Origin: an uncultured virus (IMG/VR IMGVR_UViG_3300044646_002851)
Lineage: Duplodnaviria; Heunggongvirae; Uroviricota; Caudoviricetes
Strand: one strand, 5' to 3'
Length of the DNA stretch: 64,000 nucleotides
Virus record (IMG/VR): IMGVR_UViG_3300044646_002851
Shown here: positions 47,790 to 57,878 of the stretch, piece by piece
Position numbering within the stretch: position 1 is the first letter of the stretch
Layout of the letters: every line of letters starts with the position of its first letter
Program-made: the position numbers and the translations under genes
The notes under the pieces: model-generated
Database searches by the model: none
The model's input: the letters and a program-made list of their open reading frames with translations, nothing else
What the model was told of the DNA's origin: nothing

Positions 47790-48410
47790 ATGATATTTTC
47801 TAAATTTCTTAAAAATGAACACAAAAAAATTCTTGGTTGGTGCGATGAAGATAAGGCACAAAAATTTTATGATATTATTACAGAATCTAAAGCTAAATTA
47901 TGTGTAGAAATTGGAGTTTTTGGAGGTTCTTCTTTGATTCCACAAGCTCTTGCAATGAAACACAATAATGATGGAATCGTAGTTGGTATCGATCCTTGGA
48001 CACATGATGCTGCGTTAGAAGACATGGAAACAGATGAGAGTAGAGAGTGGTGGTCAAAAATAAATCTAAATGAAATTTATGAAAATTTTATCAGACAATT
48101 AAAAAATTATGAAGTAGATTCATTTTGTAAAATCTATAAAGATAAATCAGAAAATGTAATAAATGAATTTAAAGATGAATCTATTGATATTTTACATATT
48201 GATGGAAATCATTGTGAAAAAATTTCTTATCAAGATTCTGTGAATTATTTTCCAAAGGTTAAAAAGGGTGGCTACATATTCTTTGATGATATATTTTGGA
48301 GTGAAGACAGAAAAAATATATCAACAGAAAAAGGTTTAAATTATTTATTACAATATTGTGAAAAGGAATGTATTGTTGGAAAAGATTGTGTGGTTTTAAG
48401 AAAGAAATAA
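47790..48410 (+). CDS. Methyltransferase (Methyltransf_24-like)
   Basis: GWC, VEIGVFGG, GIDPW, ILHIDGNH, GGYIFFDD; start moved to M15. Confidence 0.88.
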   Translation: MIFSKFLKNEHKKILGWCDEDKAQKFYDIITESKAKLCVEIGVFGGSSLIPQALAMKHNNDGIVVGIDPWTHDAALEDMETDESREWWSKINLNEIYENFIRQLKNYEVDSFCKIYKDKSENVINEFKDESIDILHIDGNHCEKISYQDSVNYFPKVKKGGYIFFDDIFWSEDRKNISTEKGLNYLLQYCEKECIVGKDCVVLRKK

Positions 48411-48416
48411 TATAAA

Positions 48417-49244
48417 GTGATTATAAAACCGAAAAGAATTAATTGGCAAATACAAGTCAATATTCCAGACAATATAGGCGTTGCAGATTTTACGCCATTA
48501 TCAATTCGCAATCAACCAAATCTAAATGTTGTAATATCAACATGCAAAAGAGAAAATAGTTATATACATCAATTGCTAAGTACCATGATGCTTGGTAGTT
48601 CATCTACATTGAAAATAAATCTTGTTGTTTCTGGACAAGATAGTTCTTATCTTGATTGTTATAAACATTTGCCGAATATAAAAATTCATACATGTCCTGA
48701 TTCCGAATGGGATGTTATAAAAAATTTACCAAGTAAATTCAAAGCAAGTTATAATTACATTAAATGTCTTATGATAAACGAACATGAAAACAGTTTGGTA
48801 TTTGAAGATGATGTGATATTTCAATATGATTGGGTAAGAAAATTTTACACATGCCTAACAGATATAGAAAATGATGGGAACTCAAAATACATATTCAGTC
48901 TATTTGCATTCAATAAATGCAATAGTCAAAAAAATTACTTTTTAGTTCCAAAGCTTAGTTGGGCAGGAACACAAGCGATATACTATCCAAAATCAGTTCT
49001 GAAAAATATTGAAAAATATCTTCTAGATGTGACAAATTCTGTAAGTAGAACACAAATTGAACCAAGCAATCCTTCTTTTTTACATGCGTATGATATGATT
49101 ATCAAAGAGTATTGCATGTTAGAAGATATAAAAATCTATATGCCAGTTGAATCTTTAATTCAACATATCGGAAAGGTTACTGCTGGCGGAACTGGCGAAA
49201 ATATCATTAGTAGCCAAGTGTTCTATAATTCAAATAACAGTTAA
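48417..49244 (+). CDS. GT-A-fold glycosyltransferase
   Basis: ISTCKRENSY, LVFEDDV, SLIQHIG. Confidence 0.7.
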   Translation: MIIKPKRINWQIQVNIPDNIGVADFTPLSIRNQPNLNVVISTCKRENSYIHQLLSTMMLGSSSTLKINLVVSGQDSSYLDCYKHLPNIKIHTCPDSEWDVIKNLPSKFKASYNYIKCLMINEHENSLVFEDDVIFQYDWVRKFYTCLTDIENDGNSKYIFSLFAFNKCNSQKNYFLVPKLSWAGTQAIYYPKSVLKNIEKYLLDVTNSVSRTQIEPSNPSFLHAYDMIIKEYCMLEDIKIYMPVESLIQHIGKVTAGGTGENIISSQVFYNSNNS

Positions 49245-49248
49245 ATAC

Positions 49249-49692
49249 TTATTTTTTGTCTATGTTATACTTTTCCTTCAAATATGCAAGTATGATTTCT
49301 TGCTCAGTATCCATATCTTTATGTTTATCGTAAAGGTCTTGATAAATTTTTTGAATGTTTTGATATTTCTTTCTTTTCTCTTTAATTGGAAATTCTACTT
49401 TATAAGAAATCTCATCTGATAAATTAAAAGAATCCAAAAATTCTGCGTATTCTGTTGCCAAAGAAATTCTTTTTTCTGCATATTTCAAAACCAAAGAATC
49501 AACATTTTTTGTAGACATACTTCTAATTTTTGCAATAGTTTGTTTTATTTCTAAAGCTGCGGTATTTGGCTTTGCATTAATCGCTTTGTTGAAGTTGTGA
49601 ATGATATCATTGAAACCAATCCAATAACTCTTAGTCGAAATCTCTTGCTCTGGTGTAATCGCAAAAATAGTTAAAGCAAATATCAAAATCAT
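49249..49692 (-). CDS. Hypothetical exported helical protein
   Basis: Short hydrophobic N-terminus; AAGGAG SD. Confidence 0.55.
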   Translation of the reverse strand: MILIFALTIFAITPEQEISTKSYWIGFNDIIHNFNKAINAKPNTAALEIKQTIAKIRSMSTKNVDSLVLKYAEKRISLATEYAEFLDSFNLSDEISYKVEFPIKEKRKKYQNIQKIYQDLYDKHKDMDTEQEIILAYLKEKYNIDKK

Positions 49693-49835
49693 GTGTAATC
49701 TCCTTTGAAACTTTAAACTCCCTCATTAATTTATTTTATCAAAAATTTCAAAAGATTAAAGAGATATATATTTAAAATTATAAAAATATTATAATTTTGT
49801 AGGAAAAATAATAACTTCAAACAAATCGTATAATT

Positions 49836-50504
49836 ATGTTTAAACCCGGACCTTTATACAAAAAAAGAAAAGAAATAATGGCAGAATTAAAATCAATGCC
49901 ATTAAAAACTGGCGACATATTTTATAATGGGTCTAATGTTCGTGGACCATTAGGAATTCCTTTTGCTAAACTAATACAATTATTTACCGAATCAAAGTAT
50001 TCGCATGCAACAATTATGCTTGTTGAAAATGGAGAATATTATGCGATTGATGTTTGTGATTATGGCACTAGAAAGTTAAGGATGATTGATTGGTTTGACA
50101 ATTGGTATGTAGAAGATTTTTGCATTTTCAGATTCAAAGAAAAAAAAGAAGAAGATGAAGAAAGATTTGAAAAAGCCATTTATAAATTTTTAGAAGAAGA
50201 TTTAGATTATGATTTTAACTTCAAAAATCCAAACGCATATTATTGTACTGAATCTGTAAAAAGAATGTGTTCTGAGGTAGGTTACGATTTGGGTGGGTCA
50301 TATTTAGTAAAAGACATAGTTCCAAAATGGTTCTATCCAATTCTTTTATTTGGATCACTAATAACAAAAATAGTTTCAAATGCATCTCTTCCGACTGACA
50401 TTCCTATATCAATTGTTGGCAATGAAAATAAAGGGATGATGGCTAGTTCCCTAACAAAAAAAATACTCGAATATGATGGTGCAAAATTTGAAAAATTCAT
50501 TTAA
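49836..50504 (+). CDS. Permuted papain-like amidase (YaeF/YiiX, NlpC/P60 superfamily)
   Basis: LKTGDIF, YSHATI (His before Cys), YDFNF...YYCTE. Confidence 0.8.
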   Translation: MFKPGPLYKKRKEIMAELKSMPLKTGDIFYNGSNVRGPLGIPFAKLIQLFTESKYSHATIMLVENGEYYAIDVCDYGTRKLRMIDWFDNWYVEDFCIFRFKEKKEEDEERFEKAIYKFLEEDLDYDFNFKNPNAYYCTESVKRMCSEVGYDLGGSYLVKDIVPKWFYPILLFGSLITKIVSNASLPTDIPISIVGNENKGMMASSLTKKILEYDGAKFEKFI

Positions 50505-50979
50505 ATTCATATTATTTATTCTTATTTTTATTTGTGGTTGTCCAAGCCACAAAAATAATGATTGGAAGGATATAGTTGTTGAAAATCAAAATGAAAAAAT
50601 TGAAAAACCAGTCGAAAAGCCAGTCGAAAATCACAACGCAAAGTTGTTAATTCTTCACAATAAACAAAGAGAATTAAAAGGAAGAACTGGTCTTGAATTG
50701 AATAAAAATTTGATTAAATATGCACAAAATCATGCAGAATGGATGGCTAAAAAAAATAATTTAAAACATTCTGATATTGATGTTTTGATGGGTGAATGGC
50801 ATACGGCTGGAGAAAATATAGCTTGGAATCAAGAAGATGAAGAAGAGGTTACAACGGCATGGATGAATTCATCTGGTCATAGGGCAAATATTTTAAATAG
50901 AAACTTCAGTAAAGTAGGATTTGGCGTTGCTGCAGCAAAAGATGGAAGCTTATATTGGTGTACTGTGTTCGCTGATTGA
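50473..50979 (+). CDS. CAP/SCP-domain lipoprotein
   Basis: Lipobox-like FICGC; HN..R, AQNHAEWMA, GENIA, WMNSSGHRANIL, YWCTVF. Confidence 0.88.
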   Translation: MMVQNLKNSFKFILFILIFICGCPSHKNNDWKDIVVENQNEKIEKPVEKPVENHNAKLLILHNKQRELKGRTGLELNKNLIKYAQNHAEWMAKKNNLKHSDIDVLMGEWHTAGENIAWNQEDEEEVTTAWMNSSGHRANILNRNFSKVGFGVAAAKDGSLYWCTVFAD

Positions 50980-51411
50980 TATCATTTTCAAATACAAAAT
51001 ATTAGGTGGTTCTGTATAATAGAACTTTATGTAAGGACAAATCCAAGTTTGTTGTCCTGCCATTACGCCCTGCAAGTTTTCACTATAAACATCATAAAGC
51101 CATCCATCATATAATGGTTCTTTGTAGCCCAATCTAACATCGCATGATGGAAAATAATTATTTGAAACAAGCAATACAAATCCATTTTCATAGTCTGCCA
51201 TGTTTTTGCTTTTGCAGCCTAGATTTATAAGTCTATCTGCGCCTACAACAACAGGAGATAATGATGCATCAGTAATTTGTGCTGGTGCAAAATCATATGT
51301 TTTTCCACCCTTTTCAAAAAACCACCTACCACTAGACTTAGAAACTTTAAAAGCATTTATTCCAAGCTTTTCTAAGTCTGATCGATTATCTGTTTCTGGA
51401 AAAATTCCCAT
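50950..51411 (-). CDS. Hypothetical protein (DUF6717-like)
   Basis: W.F, VVGADRLI, FP, WICPYIKFYY..PP..LY. Confidence 0.6.
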   Translation of the reverse strand: MGIFPETDNRSDLEKLGINAFKVSKSSGRWFFEKGGKTYDFAPAQITDASLSPVVVGADRLINLGCKSKNMADYENGFVLLVSNNYFPSCDVRLGYKEPLYDGWLYDVYSENLQGVMAGQQTWICPYIKFYYTEPPNILYLKMISISEHSTPI

Positions 51412-51412
51412 T

Positions 51413-51838
51413 TTAACTACCCTTAATATCGTGATAATTTATTCTTGTTGTAACATTTACATCTTTAGCTGGCTTCCCATAAATTTTCACAGCGTATTGT
51501 TTCTTCTTGTACAAAATGTGAAAAATAAGAGTTTCACATTCCAAATGTTTATTTCTGGTGGAAAATGCAACATCAACAACTTCGATTTTTTTGGTTTTGC
51601 ACAAATCCAAAAACATTCCTATGTGAAACATAAATCCAGAAAAAGAAACTTTACCATCTCTAGATCCACCAACAATTTCTTTTTTGCTAGGGCAAAAAAG
51701 CAAATGTGTAATTCCACTTTCTTCATCATAATTTTCAGCATTATGATAAGTTACATCTTTTTTCTTGTTGTTGTTAAAATCCCAACATTTAACAACAATC
51801 TTTGTAATCTTTTCTACATCTTGATTTTCTAAACTCAT
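51413..51838 (-). CDS. Hypothetical protein
   Basis: Start moved to ATG 51838 behind AGGAG SD. Confidence 0.65.
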   Translation of the reverse strand: MSLENQDVEKITKIVVKCWDFNNNKKKDVTYHNAENYDEESGITHLLFCPSKKEIVGGSRDGKVSFSGFMFHIGMFLDLCKTKKIEVVDVAFSTRNKHLECETLIFHILYKKKQYAVKIYGKPAKDVNVTTRINYHDIKGS

Positions 51839-51848
51839 ATAAAAACTC

Positions 51849-52082
51849 CTAAAAAGGTAATTCTTGTTCTTCCTGTTCAAATAAAATTGGAGCAGATATT
51901 CGATAATCAGAAGCAATGTTGTTTAAGATGTTTTGCCTCACCATTGGAGAGACAGATTTCAAGGCAACAATAAACATATCAATCAATACATTGGCTTCAT
52001 CTTCACAACTGGAAGATGCTGATTTTGAGACTTTGGTCAGAAAATCAATTATTGACTTTCTTTCATTTATATCTTTTCTCAT
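51849..52082 (-). CDS. Hypothetical protein
   Basis: Ends with EQELPF acidic tail; start at M9. Confidence 0.6.
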   Translation of the reverse strand: MRKDINERKSIIDFLTKVSKSASSSCEDEANVLIDMFIVALKSVSPMVRQNILNNIASDYRISAPILFEQEEQELPF

Positions 52083-52145
52083 GTTGAAACGCCACCTTGC
52101 ACTCAAATTAAGTATACCTCAAATCGAAACAACATAAATCTAATT

Positions 52146-52994
52146 TTACCAAGAAATTAATTCGAAATTATGCAAATCGTATTTGTAATCAAAAATTTTA
52201 TGATGAAGTATCTCTGCGAATACAGCAGGACTTACCAATTGATGAGCATCACACATCTGCCAATTTTCTTTAGCAATTTCTTCTACTTTGTGAACAAATA
52301 TCGCTTTGCCAAGATAATCTTTAATGTTCTGAATTTCTTTTTTGCAAGTTGTAGAAATAATTTTTTTTCTCTCTAGGAAATCAAGCAATTTAACCAATTT
52401 GTCAGAAGCATCAACCCATTCTGGATTAGATGGTGAAATCAAATCTATGATGTATAGATTTTCGTTTTTTTCTAGATAAGAAAAAACGAATCTCAAATTA
52501 TGAAAATATTGTCTATCTTCACTAAATCCCAAGGTCGAGACGATTTGTGCAACATCATCTTTAGCATCAGTCAGACTTAAATTTTGGTGTAAAATAGCTT
52601 GAAATCTACAATACCTTGAACAATCAACAATGTCTAATTCACCTGTCCAACTAACATCGAAATTATCTTCTATGCTATAATTGAAAAGCTTCATTGCCAT
52701 AGAATTAGGTTTAACATCAACAACAGACAAAACATTTCCAACAGAATTTTTTGTTATGTCACCATCAATGCAAAGTGCAAATGAATCTATTTTTGCAGCA
52801 CTCCTAAGAATCCTAATGGTGTTTTCAATTATTGAATTGTCTTTAAACAAAATAATAGCAGAGCATATGTTGTTTCTTCCAAAGACAACATATGAAGGTA
52901 TTACTGCAGAATGGCTGTGTTCGCTCCAAAACTCTTTAAAAGTCTTGGCGAACTCAAAAACATTCTTTTGTTTTTCGTCTTGTAATTTGAACAT
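52146..52994 (-). CDS. Hypothetical protein
   Basis: 282-aa ORF with AAGG SD. Confidence 0.65.
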   Translation of the reverse strand: MFKLQDEKQKNVFEFAKTFKEFWSEHSHSAVIPSYVVFGRNNICSAIILFKDNSIIENTIRILRSAAKIDSFALCIDGDITKNSVGNVLSVVDVKPNSMAMKLFNYSIEDNFDVSWTGELDIVDCSRYCRFQAILHQNLSLTDAKDDVAQIVSTLGFSEDRQYFHNLRFVFSYLEKNENLYIIDLISPSNPEWVDASDKLVKLLDFLERKKIISTTCKKEIQNIKDYLGKAIFVHKVEEIAKENWQMCDAHQLVSPAVFAEILHHKIFDYKYDLHNFELISW

Positions 52995-53058
52995 AGTCCT
53001 TATGCTTTTGGTTTAACTTCCATGATTATACATTATTTTTTTATCAATAATCAATAAA

Positions 53059-53964
53059 TTATTCAGCATTTTTGTCAATCTGCTGTCGCAAAATGCCAAA
53101 TGCTTCCCTTAAATTGTTAGTAATTGACATTTTACTGTACGGTTCATTAGTTCTAGGATTTATGTTATTTTCTGCCATTCTGCTTTGCCAGCCCCAAGAA
53201 TCATGCATGTATGCCATAACGCAATCTTTTTGCAGCTTTGTGAGTGGAGCAGATTCAATGTCTATTTTTTGAATTTCTTTTGATTCCTTAGCCACAGGAT
53301 CATTGTTATCATTTTTGCATTCTGTGTCTATTCTGGCTATGTTTGTCGCTTGCATCTGTTGAACAAGGTTATTTCTTTGTTTTTTACTCAATTCCATTGA
53401 ATCCATAATTTCATTTATAGTCAAATGTGGATTCTGTGACCTTTCATTTTCAAAAGAAATCCGAAGAAAATTCCAACGATCAGGCATAGTAATCAATTGT
53501 TGCATTCTAGATTTGCCCTGCAATGAACGAAATCTTTGAAATGCTCTCTTCAAATATTGAATTAAAGATTTCTCTGGATTAGTGAACAAATAAATTGAAT
53601 TCAATGCCTTCAAAATAAAATCTTGAAGCAAATCTTCATTACCTTTACACCACTTGGCGAATAGACCATGATAGCCTTCAATGAGGGAAACTTCGATGGT
53701 TTTCCCATCTAGAAATTGATGATTCACATTTTTGGGAGCAATAATATCACTCAAGTCGCCTTGTAAATCTGCGTGTAAATGTTCTGGTATTTCAGACAAG
53801 TTAGGTTTTCCAGAAAGTACACTTTCTCTAAATTCCACCCTATCATTTCTTGCAACCAAATCGGTATACTTCTTTAATATTTTGGCACTTATTGCGAGAT
53901 GACTTTTGATGTAGTCACGATGTTCGTTAGAAAGAATTAGACTCTTAATCTTGTAGTTAGACAT
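53059..53964 (-). CDS. Divergent sigma-70-like protein
   Basis: Region-2-like EDLLQDFILKALNSIYLF...LIQYL; region-4-like LTKLQKDCV...YSKMSITNNLREAFGILR. Confidence 0.5.
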   Translation of the reverse strand: MSNYKIKSLILSNEHRDYIKSHLAISAKILKKYTDLVARNDRVEFRESVLSGKPNLSEIPEHLHADLQGDLSDIIAPKNVNHQFLDGKTIEVSLIEGYHGLFAKWCKGNEDLLQDFILKALNSIYLFTNPEKSLIQYLKRAFQRFRSLQGKSRMQQLITMPDRWNFLRISFENERSQNPHLTINEIMDSMELSKKQRNNLVQQMQATNIARIDTECKNDNNDPVAKESKEIQKIDIESAPLTKLQKDCVMAYMHDSWGWQSRMAENNINPRTNEPYSKMSITNNLREAFGILRQQIDKNAE

Positions 53965-54220
53965 AGTAGTTCTCCGTATGCAGTCAGTTAGTAAAAAGTT
54001 AATTCGTTAGTACAATACTAATGTAAGTTTTTGTTTAAAATAGTCAATAGTTTTTTACAATATAGTTTAATAGTTTTTAAAAAATTGACCTCATAAGTTA
54101 TTGTCATTTAAAGACTTATTGATTTTAAATGAAATTCAAAATATCTACAATTTACTATTCTAATCATATGTAAAATTTGATTGTTTTTGATTTAAACACA
54201 AAAATGAATATGGATTTAAA

Positions 54221-54616
54221 ATGAATATAATTCACCTTATAGAGTTTTCAGAATCAAAAATCATAAGCTTTGATTTTGATGACACCTTATGTTCTGATGG
54301 CAAAAAGAATGAAATAATGATAAGCAAATTGATAAATCATCACAAAGATGGCGATAAATGTATTATCGTTACTGCAAGAGATCCAGAACACGAAAAAGAT
54401 GAATGGATTCAAAAAAACGAACCAAAACGAACCAAAGTTATAGATTTTGTAAAAAAACATAATTTGCCAATATCAAAAATTATTTTTACAAACCATAAGC
54501 CAAAAGGTCCAATCTTGAAAAGCCATAATGTTTATATGCATTTCGATGATAAAGATGAAGAAATTGACTCTGCTAACAATAATGGAATAAAAACAATTAA
54601 AGTTGAGAAGAAATAA
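54221..54616 (+). CDS. HAD-superfamily phosphatase (PNKP-like)
   Basis: SFDFDDTL, IVTAR, K, HFDD. Confidence 0.82.
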   Translation: MNIIHLIEFSESKIISFDFDDTLCSDGKKNEIMISKLINHHKDGDKCIIVTARDPEHEKDEWIQKNEPKRTKVIDFVKKHNLPISKIIFTNHKPKGPILKSHNVYMHFDDKDEEIDSANNNGIKTIKVEKK

Positions 54617-55305
54617 TGGAAAGAGTTGAATTAAGAGAAGGAAAGATACCAGTAATAGTCTTTGCTCCACATGGGTTTAATGGCAATGATGAAAATACTT
54701 CAATTATGGCTCGCTCTATTGCAAAAGAAATAAATGCATACGCAGTTATAAACAAAGGATGGGAAAGATCAGATGTTGTAAATTGTTTTGACGATAAAGC
54801 CGATTGCAACAATGTTGAACATTGCCATGAAGATGTTGTAAAAGATGAAGTTCTTGATCCATTGATTCGATTCATAACAAAAGCCAAAAAAAATCATGGA
54901 ACTGCTTTCTTGTATAACATTCATGGGATGAGTGATAGGCATCGTAAAAAAGCACAAGATAAGATGGATGTTGTTATTGGCTTTGGCGATGGCGATCCAC
55001 CAAGTTTCAGTATGGACATTTGGAGAAAAGATTTTTTTGTTTCAAAACTAAATGTTTTGGGAATTAATGCATACGAAGGTAAAGCTGGTGGAAATATGTC
55101 TGGTTGGAGTAGGAATAATATGAATCAGTTATTTCGAAAATGGTATCTTGACAGTAATGTTCAAAGTCTTCAGATAGAAGTGACCCATGAATTAAGATCA
55201 GATGTCACTATGGCATTAATCACTAGTGATTATCTTGCCACTTGTATGCTCGAACTAATCAATATTACTAACTTTAGCACTTCTGAAAAATTCAAAAAAT
55301 ATTAG
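54616..55305 (+). CDS. N-formylglutamate-amidohydrolase-like Zn hydrolase
   Basis: FAPHG..DENT, DCN, NIHGM, SLQIE. Confidence 0.65.
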   Translation: MERVELREGKIPVIVFAPHGFNGNDENTSIMARSIAKEINAYAVINKGWERSDVVNCFDDKADCNNVEHCHEDVVKDEVLDPLIRFITKAKKNHGTAFLYNIHGMSDRHRKKAQDKMDVVIGFGDGDPPSFSMDIWRKDFFVSKLNVLGINAYEGKAGGNMSGWSRNNMNQLFRKWYLDSNVQSLQIEVTHELRSDVTMALITSDYLATCMLELINITNFSTSEKFKKY

Positions 55306-55769
55306 GGCTTAATATTATTGTCGATAAATATTTTATCTTCTGATGGAATTTCAATATTTTCTGGCATTCTGTCAAGCGACCAATCATGATTCAACAAAAT
55401 GAATTTTTTATTTGGGTTTTGTTTATTTAAGATTGAAAAGTTTTCATTGTGACTAATTCCAAGAAGATTGAGTTTTCTCGAATTTTTTTTAAGTTGTTCT
55501 TCGATAACATCTATTCTTTCTAAAGAACTTTTGTCAACTTCCTTGCCTTCGTAATGATTTTTATTTTTTTCAACTTTAAAATGACTTTCAACCCATAATC
55601 TAAATCCAGAAACTTTTTTATATCCATATAATCCAGCCAAAAAAACCAATAAAGCAAAAACAATAAAAATCAAGAATCCACTAACTGATTTTTTGGTTTG
55701 TTTCACAATAATAATTGGTTGTATTTTATCTGCCAATTGATTATTCAGATCGATTTCCCATTGTTCCAT
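55302..55769 (-). CDS. Single-TM membrane protein
   Basis: GFLIFIVFALLVFLAGLYGY TM followed by a coiled coil. Confidence 0.65.
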   Translation of the reverse strand: MEQWEIDLNNQLADKIQPIIIVKQTKKSVSGFLIFIVFALLVFLAGLYGYKKVSGFRLWVESHFKVEKNKNHYEGKEVDKSSLERIDVIEEQLKKNSRKLNLLGISHNENFSILNKQNPNKKFILLNHDWSLDRMPENIEIPSEDKIFIDNNIKP

Positions 55770-56685
55770 TCTTCTCCTTGATATGACTCAATAATGACCT
55801 TGGAATAAAAACAACAGTAGAATCTCCAATTTTACATTCTATATGATCTTTAAAAACAAATAGAGATTCTAAAATCATATTCTTTCTAATGTTGCCAACA
55901 TATTCGGTGTTTTTATCAGCTTTATCAAATATAGATTTTGCCGAAAAAGATCCATCTCTATTCTTATATACAGACAAATCACTTGATGTTTTCACCGATA
56001 ATTCAGAAAAAATTTCCATTTCTTCTTTTTTTTGTATATTCATTTTCCAAGGCTTGGTTAATCTTATTCTTTCTTTTTCAACAATTTCATGTAATTGCTT
56101 TTTATTCTTTCCCCTATTTTTATCATATATTTTTCGTAAAGAAGCCAAATCAACAATACGCATATTTGAATGACCTTTAAGACTATTACAAATGCTACAC
56201 ATTGTTTGATAGTTACTATGTATATCCATGCCACCTAATGATTTTGGTTTTATATGATCTTTGGTCAAAAGAATAAGCTTTCCATTAGCCTGTGCATATA
56301 AATTAAAATAAGGACTTTGATCTGTTAGATTTTTCTCTATAAAAACTTTTTTACCCTCAATGCCACAACAAACACATTTATTATTTTCTTTAAACAAGAA
56401 GTATCTATGATGGTTCATCTTTGCTAAGAAATTTTTCTTTCCAATTTTTACCTTATAAGAATTGTTTTTATTGTGAATTTTATTTTTTATAAAATTCCAA
56501 GAAAACTCTTTTAAAGCTTTTGCTTCTCTTCCGAAAGATTTACTTGTAATTTCAATCTCGAAGCGAGGAATATCAGATTTAGACAGCAAGTCATTAATGG
56601 TTTTAATGGCTTGCTGTTCAATTTTATCCTTTGATAATTGAGATTTTATTTTCCACTTTAGATGTGCATTAATCTCATACTTCAT
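55741..56685 (-). CDS. HNH-domain protein
   Basis: CVCCG...LTKDHIKPKSLGG.D..SNYQTMCSICN..KG. Confidence 0.82.
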   Translation of the reverse strand: MKYEINAHLKWKIKSQLSKDKIEQQAIKTINDLLSKSDIPRFEIEITSKSFGREAKALKEFSWNFIKNKIHNKNNSYKVKIGKKNFLAKMNHHRYFLFKENNKCVCCGIEGKKVFIEKNLTDQSPYFNLYAQANGKLILLTKDHIKPKSLGGMDIHSNYQTMCSICNSLKGHSNMRIVDLASLRKIYDKNRGKNKKQLHEIVEKERIRLTKPWKMNIQKKEEMEIFSELSVKTSSDLSVYKNRDGSFSAKSIFDKADKNTEYVGNIRKNMILESLFVFKDHIECKIGDSTVVFIPRSLLSHIKEKNGTMGNRSE

Positions 56686-56939
56686 GAAAACTCTTCATTC
56701 ATTACATCCGCTTCAGCCTGAGAGTATAAAAGCTCATAAACCATTAATCCACAATAGGCGGTAAGTAATTTATTTTTAGAAGTTTGTGAAAAAGACTTAA
56801 TCCATTTGCTTACAAGAGGATTTACTTCTTCGATTTCCAAAAGTCTTTTTTTAATATACTCATAATCATCGGCATTTTGTAAATTTCCAATAAGAGAATA
56901 TGTCGTTTCTGTTTTAACTACTGGCAAATATTTTTGCAT
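56682..56939 (-). CDS. Hypothetical protein
   Basis: 85-aa ORF, stop overlaps the next start. Confidence 0.6.
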   Translation of the reverse strand: MQKYLPVVKTETTYSLIGNLQNADDYEYIKKRLLEIEEVNPLVSKWIKSFSQTSKNKLLTAYCGLMVYELLYSQAEADVMNEEFS

Positions 56940-56946
56940 AAATAAC

Positions 56947-57834
56947 CTAATTGATTTTTATCAAGGTGTAATCATTGAATACCTGCTGCATCTGAAAGTC
57001 TGGAAAACCTTTACCATATGGTGGTCGTATAATTCTCGATGCAACGATCTTTGTATTTTTAAAGAATTCTTCGACAGGTGATTTGACTACATCGTGAGAT
57101 ACTATCTTAAATTTAGCCCTCTGAAACCACTTGGTATTATCTGCCAATGGATGATATGTTTTTTGTTTTATGTCATTTTCCAAACCAATTTGCTTTAATT
57201 CATCTTCAGTGAATACAAGTTGCACAAATGCTTTGTTTAACTTGCGATATTGATGAGTTCCATGTCTGGAAGTAATTGGATGACATCGAACATATACCTT
57301 AGAATTCTCATCCATCAATTCACGCAATGAAGACAAAATCGCAACTGGATCATCCGCATGATCCAAAACATCATATAAAACTATAGAATCATATGGAGCA
57401 TTAGCCTTTACCTTTTCAAAGTCGGTAGTTAACAAAAAATTTCCATCTTCTTGATTCCAAGTGAAATTTTCAGATGTTTTAATGTCATATCCAATAGACT
57501 TTTTGGCTCCTAATCCAGCCACATGCTTAACAACATGACCTTCTCCGCATCCAAAATCCAAGAAACTTTTTCCATTTAATTCCAAGCCAAGATAGGAGAC
57601 AATTCCATCTGCTCTTTCGATTTTGTCTTTTTCATTTTCTTCACAAATCAAAAAATCAGGTGCAGCTTGCGGCCAACTTTCAGAATTCAAAAGTTTTTTA
57701 AGCTCTTCAAAAACATCTTTGCTATCTAATTCTGGTGATTTATTTCTCACTTCTGATGCAGTAACAACACCATTCTCTTCTTTTAATATTTCTAAAACTT
57801 CTTCGAGCTTTTTTATAATTTTGCCAACATCCAT
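56947..57834 (-). CDS. Class I SAM-dependent methyltransferase
   Basis: FLDFGCGEG, IGYDI, YDSIVLYDVLDH. Confidence 0.85.
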   Translation of the reverse strand: MDVGKIIKKLEEVLEILKEENGVVTASEVRNKSPELDSKDVFEELKKLLNSESWPQAAPDFLICEENEKDKIERADGIVSYLGLELNGKSFLDFGCGEGHVVKHVAGLGAKKSIGYDIKTSENFTWNQEDGNFLLTTDFEKVKANAPYDSIVLYDVLDHADDPVAILSSLRELMDENSKVYVRCHPITSRHGTHQYRKLNKAFVQLVFTEDELKQIGLENDIKQKTYHPLADNTKWFQRAKFKIVSHDVVKSPVEEFFKNTKIVASRIIRPPYGKGFPDFQMQQVFNDYTLIKIN

Positions 57835-57878
57835 AAATCAATCTCCATAGTTATTCATACATCTATAATAGATAGATT

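Noticed and set aside
51200..51832. 210-aa plus-strand ORF and similar shadow ORFs (e.g. 35650-36078, 35673-36155, 37560-38288, 34949-35170)
   Set aside because: They are antisense or off-frame to better-supported genes and have no motifs
44442..54616. MKSINEFK (44454) and MNIIHLIEFSE (54221) as capsid-targeting tags
   Set aside because: Matches are too loose to count
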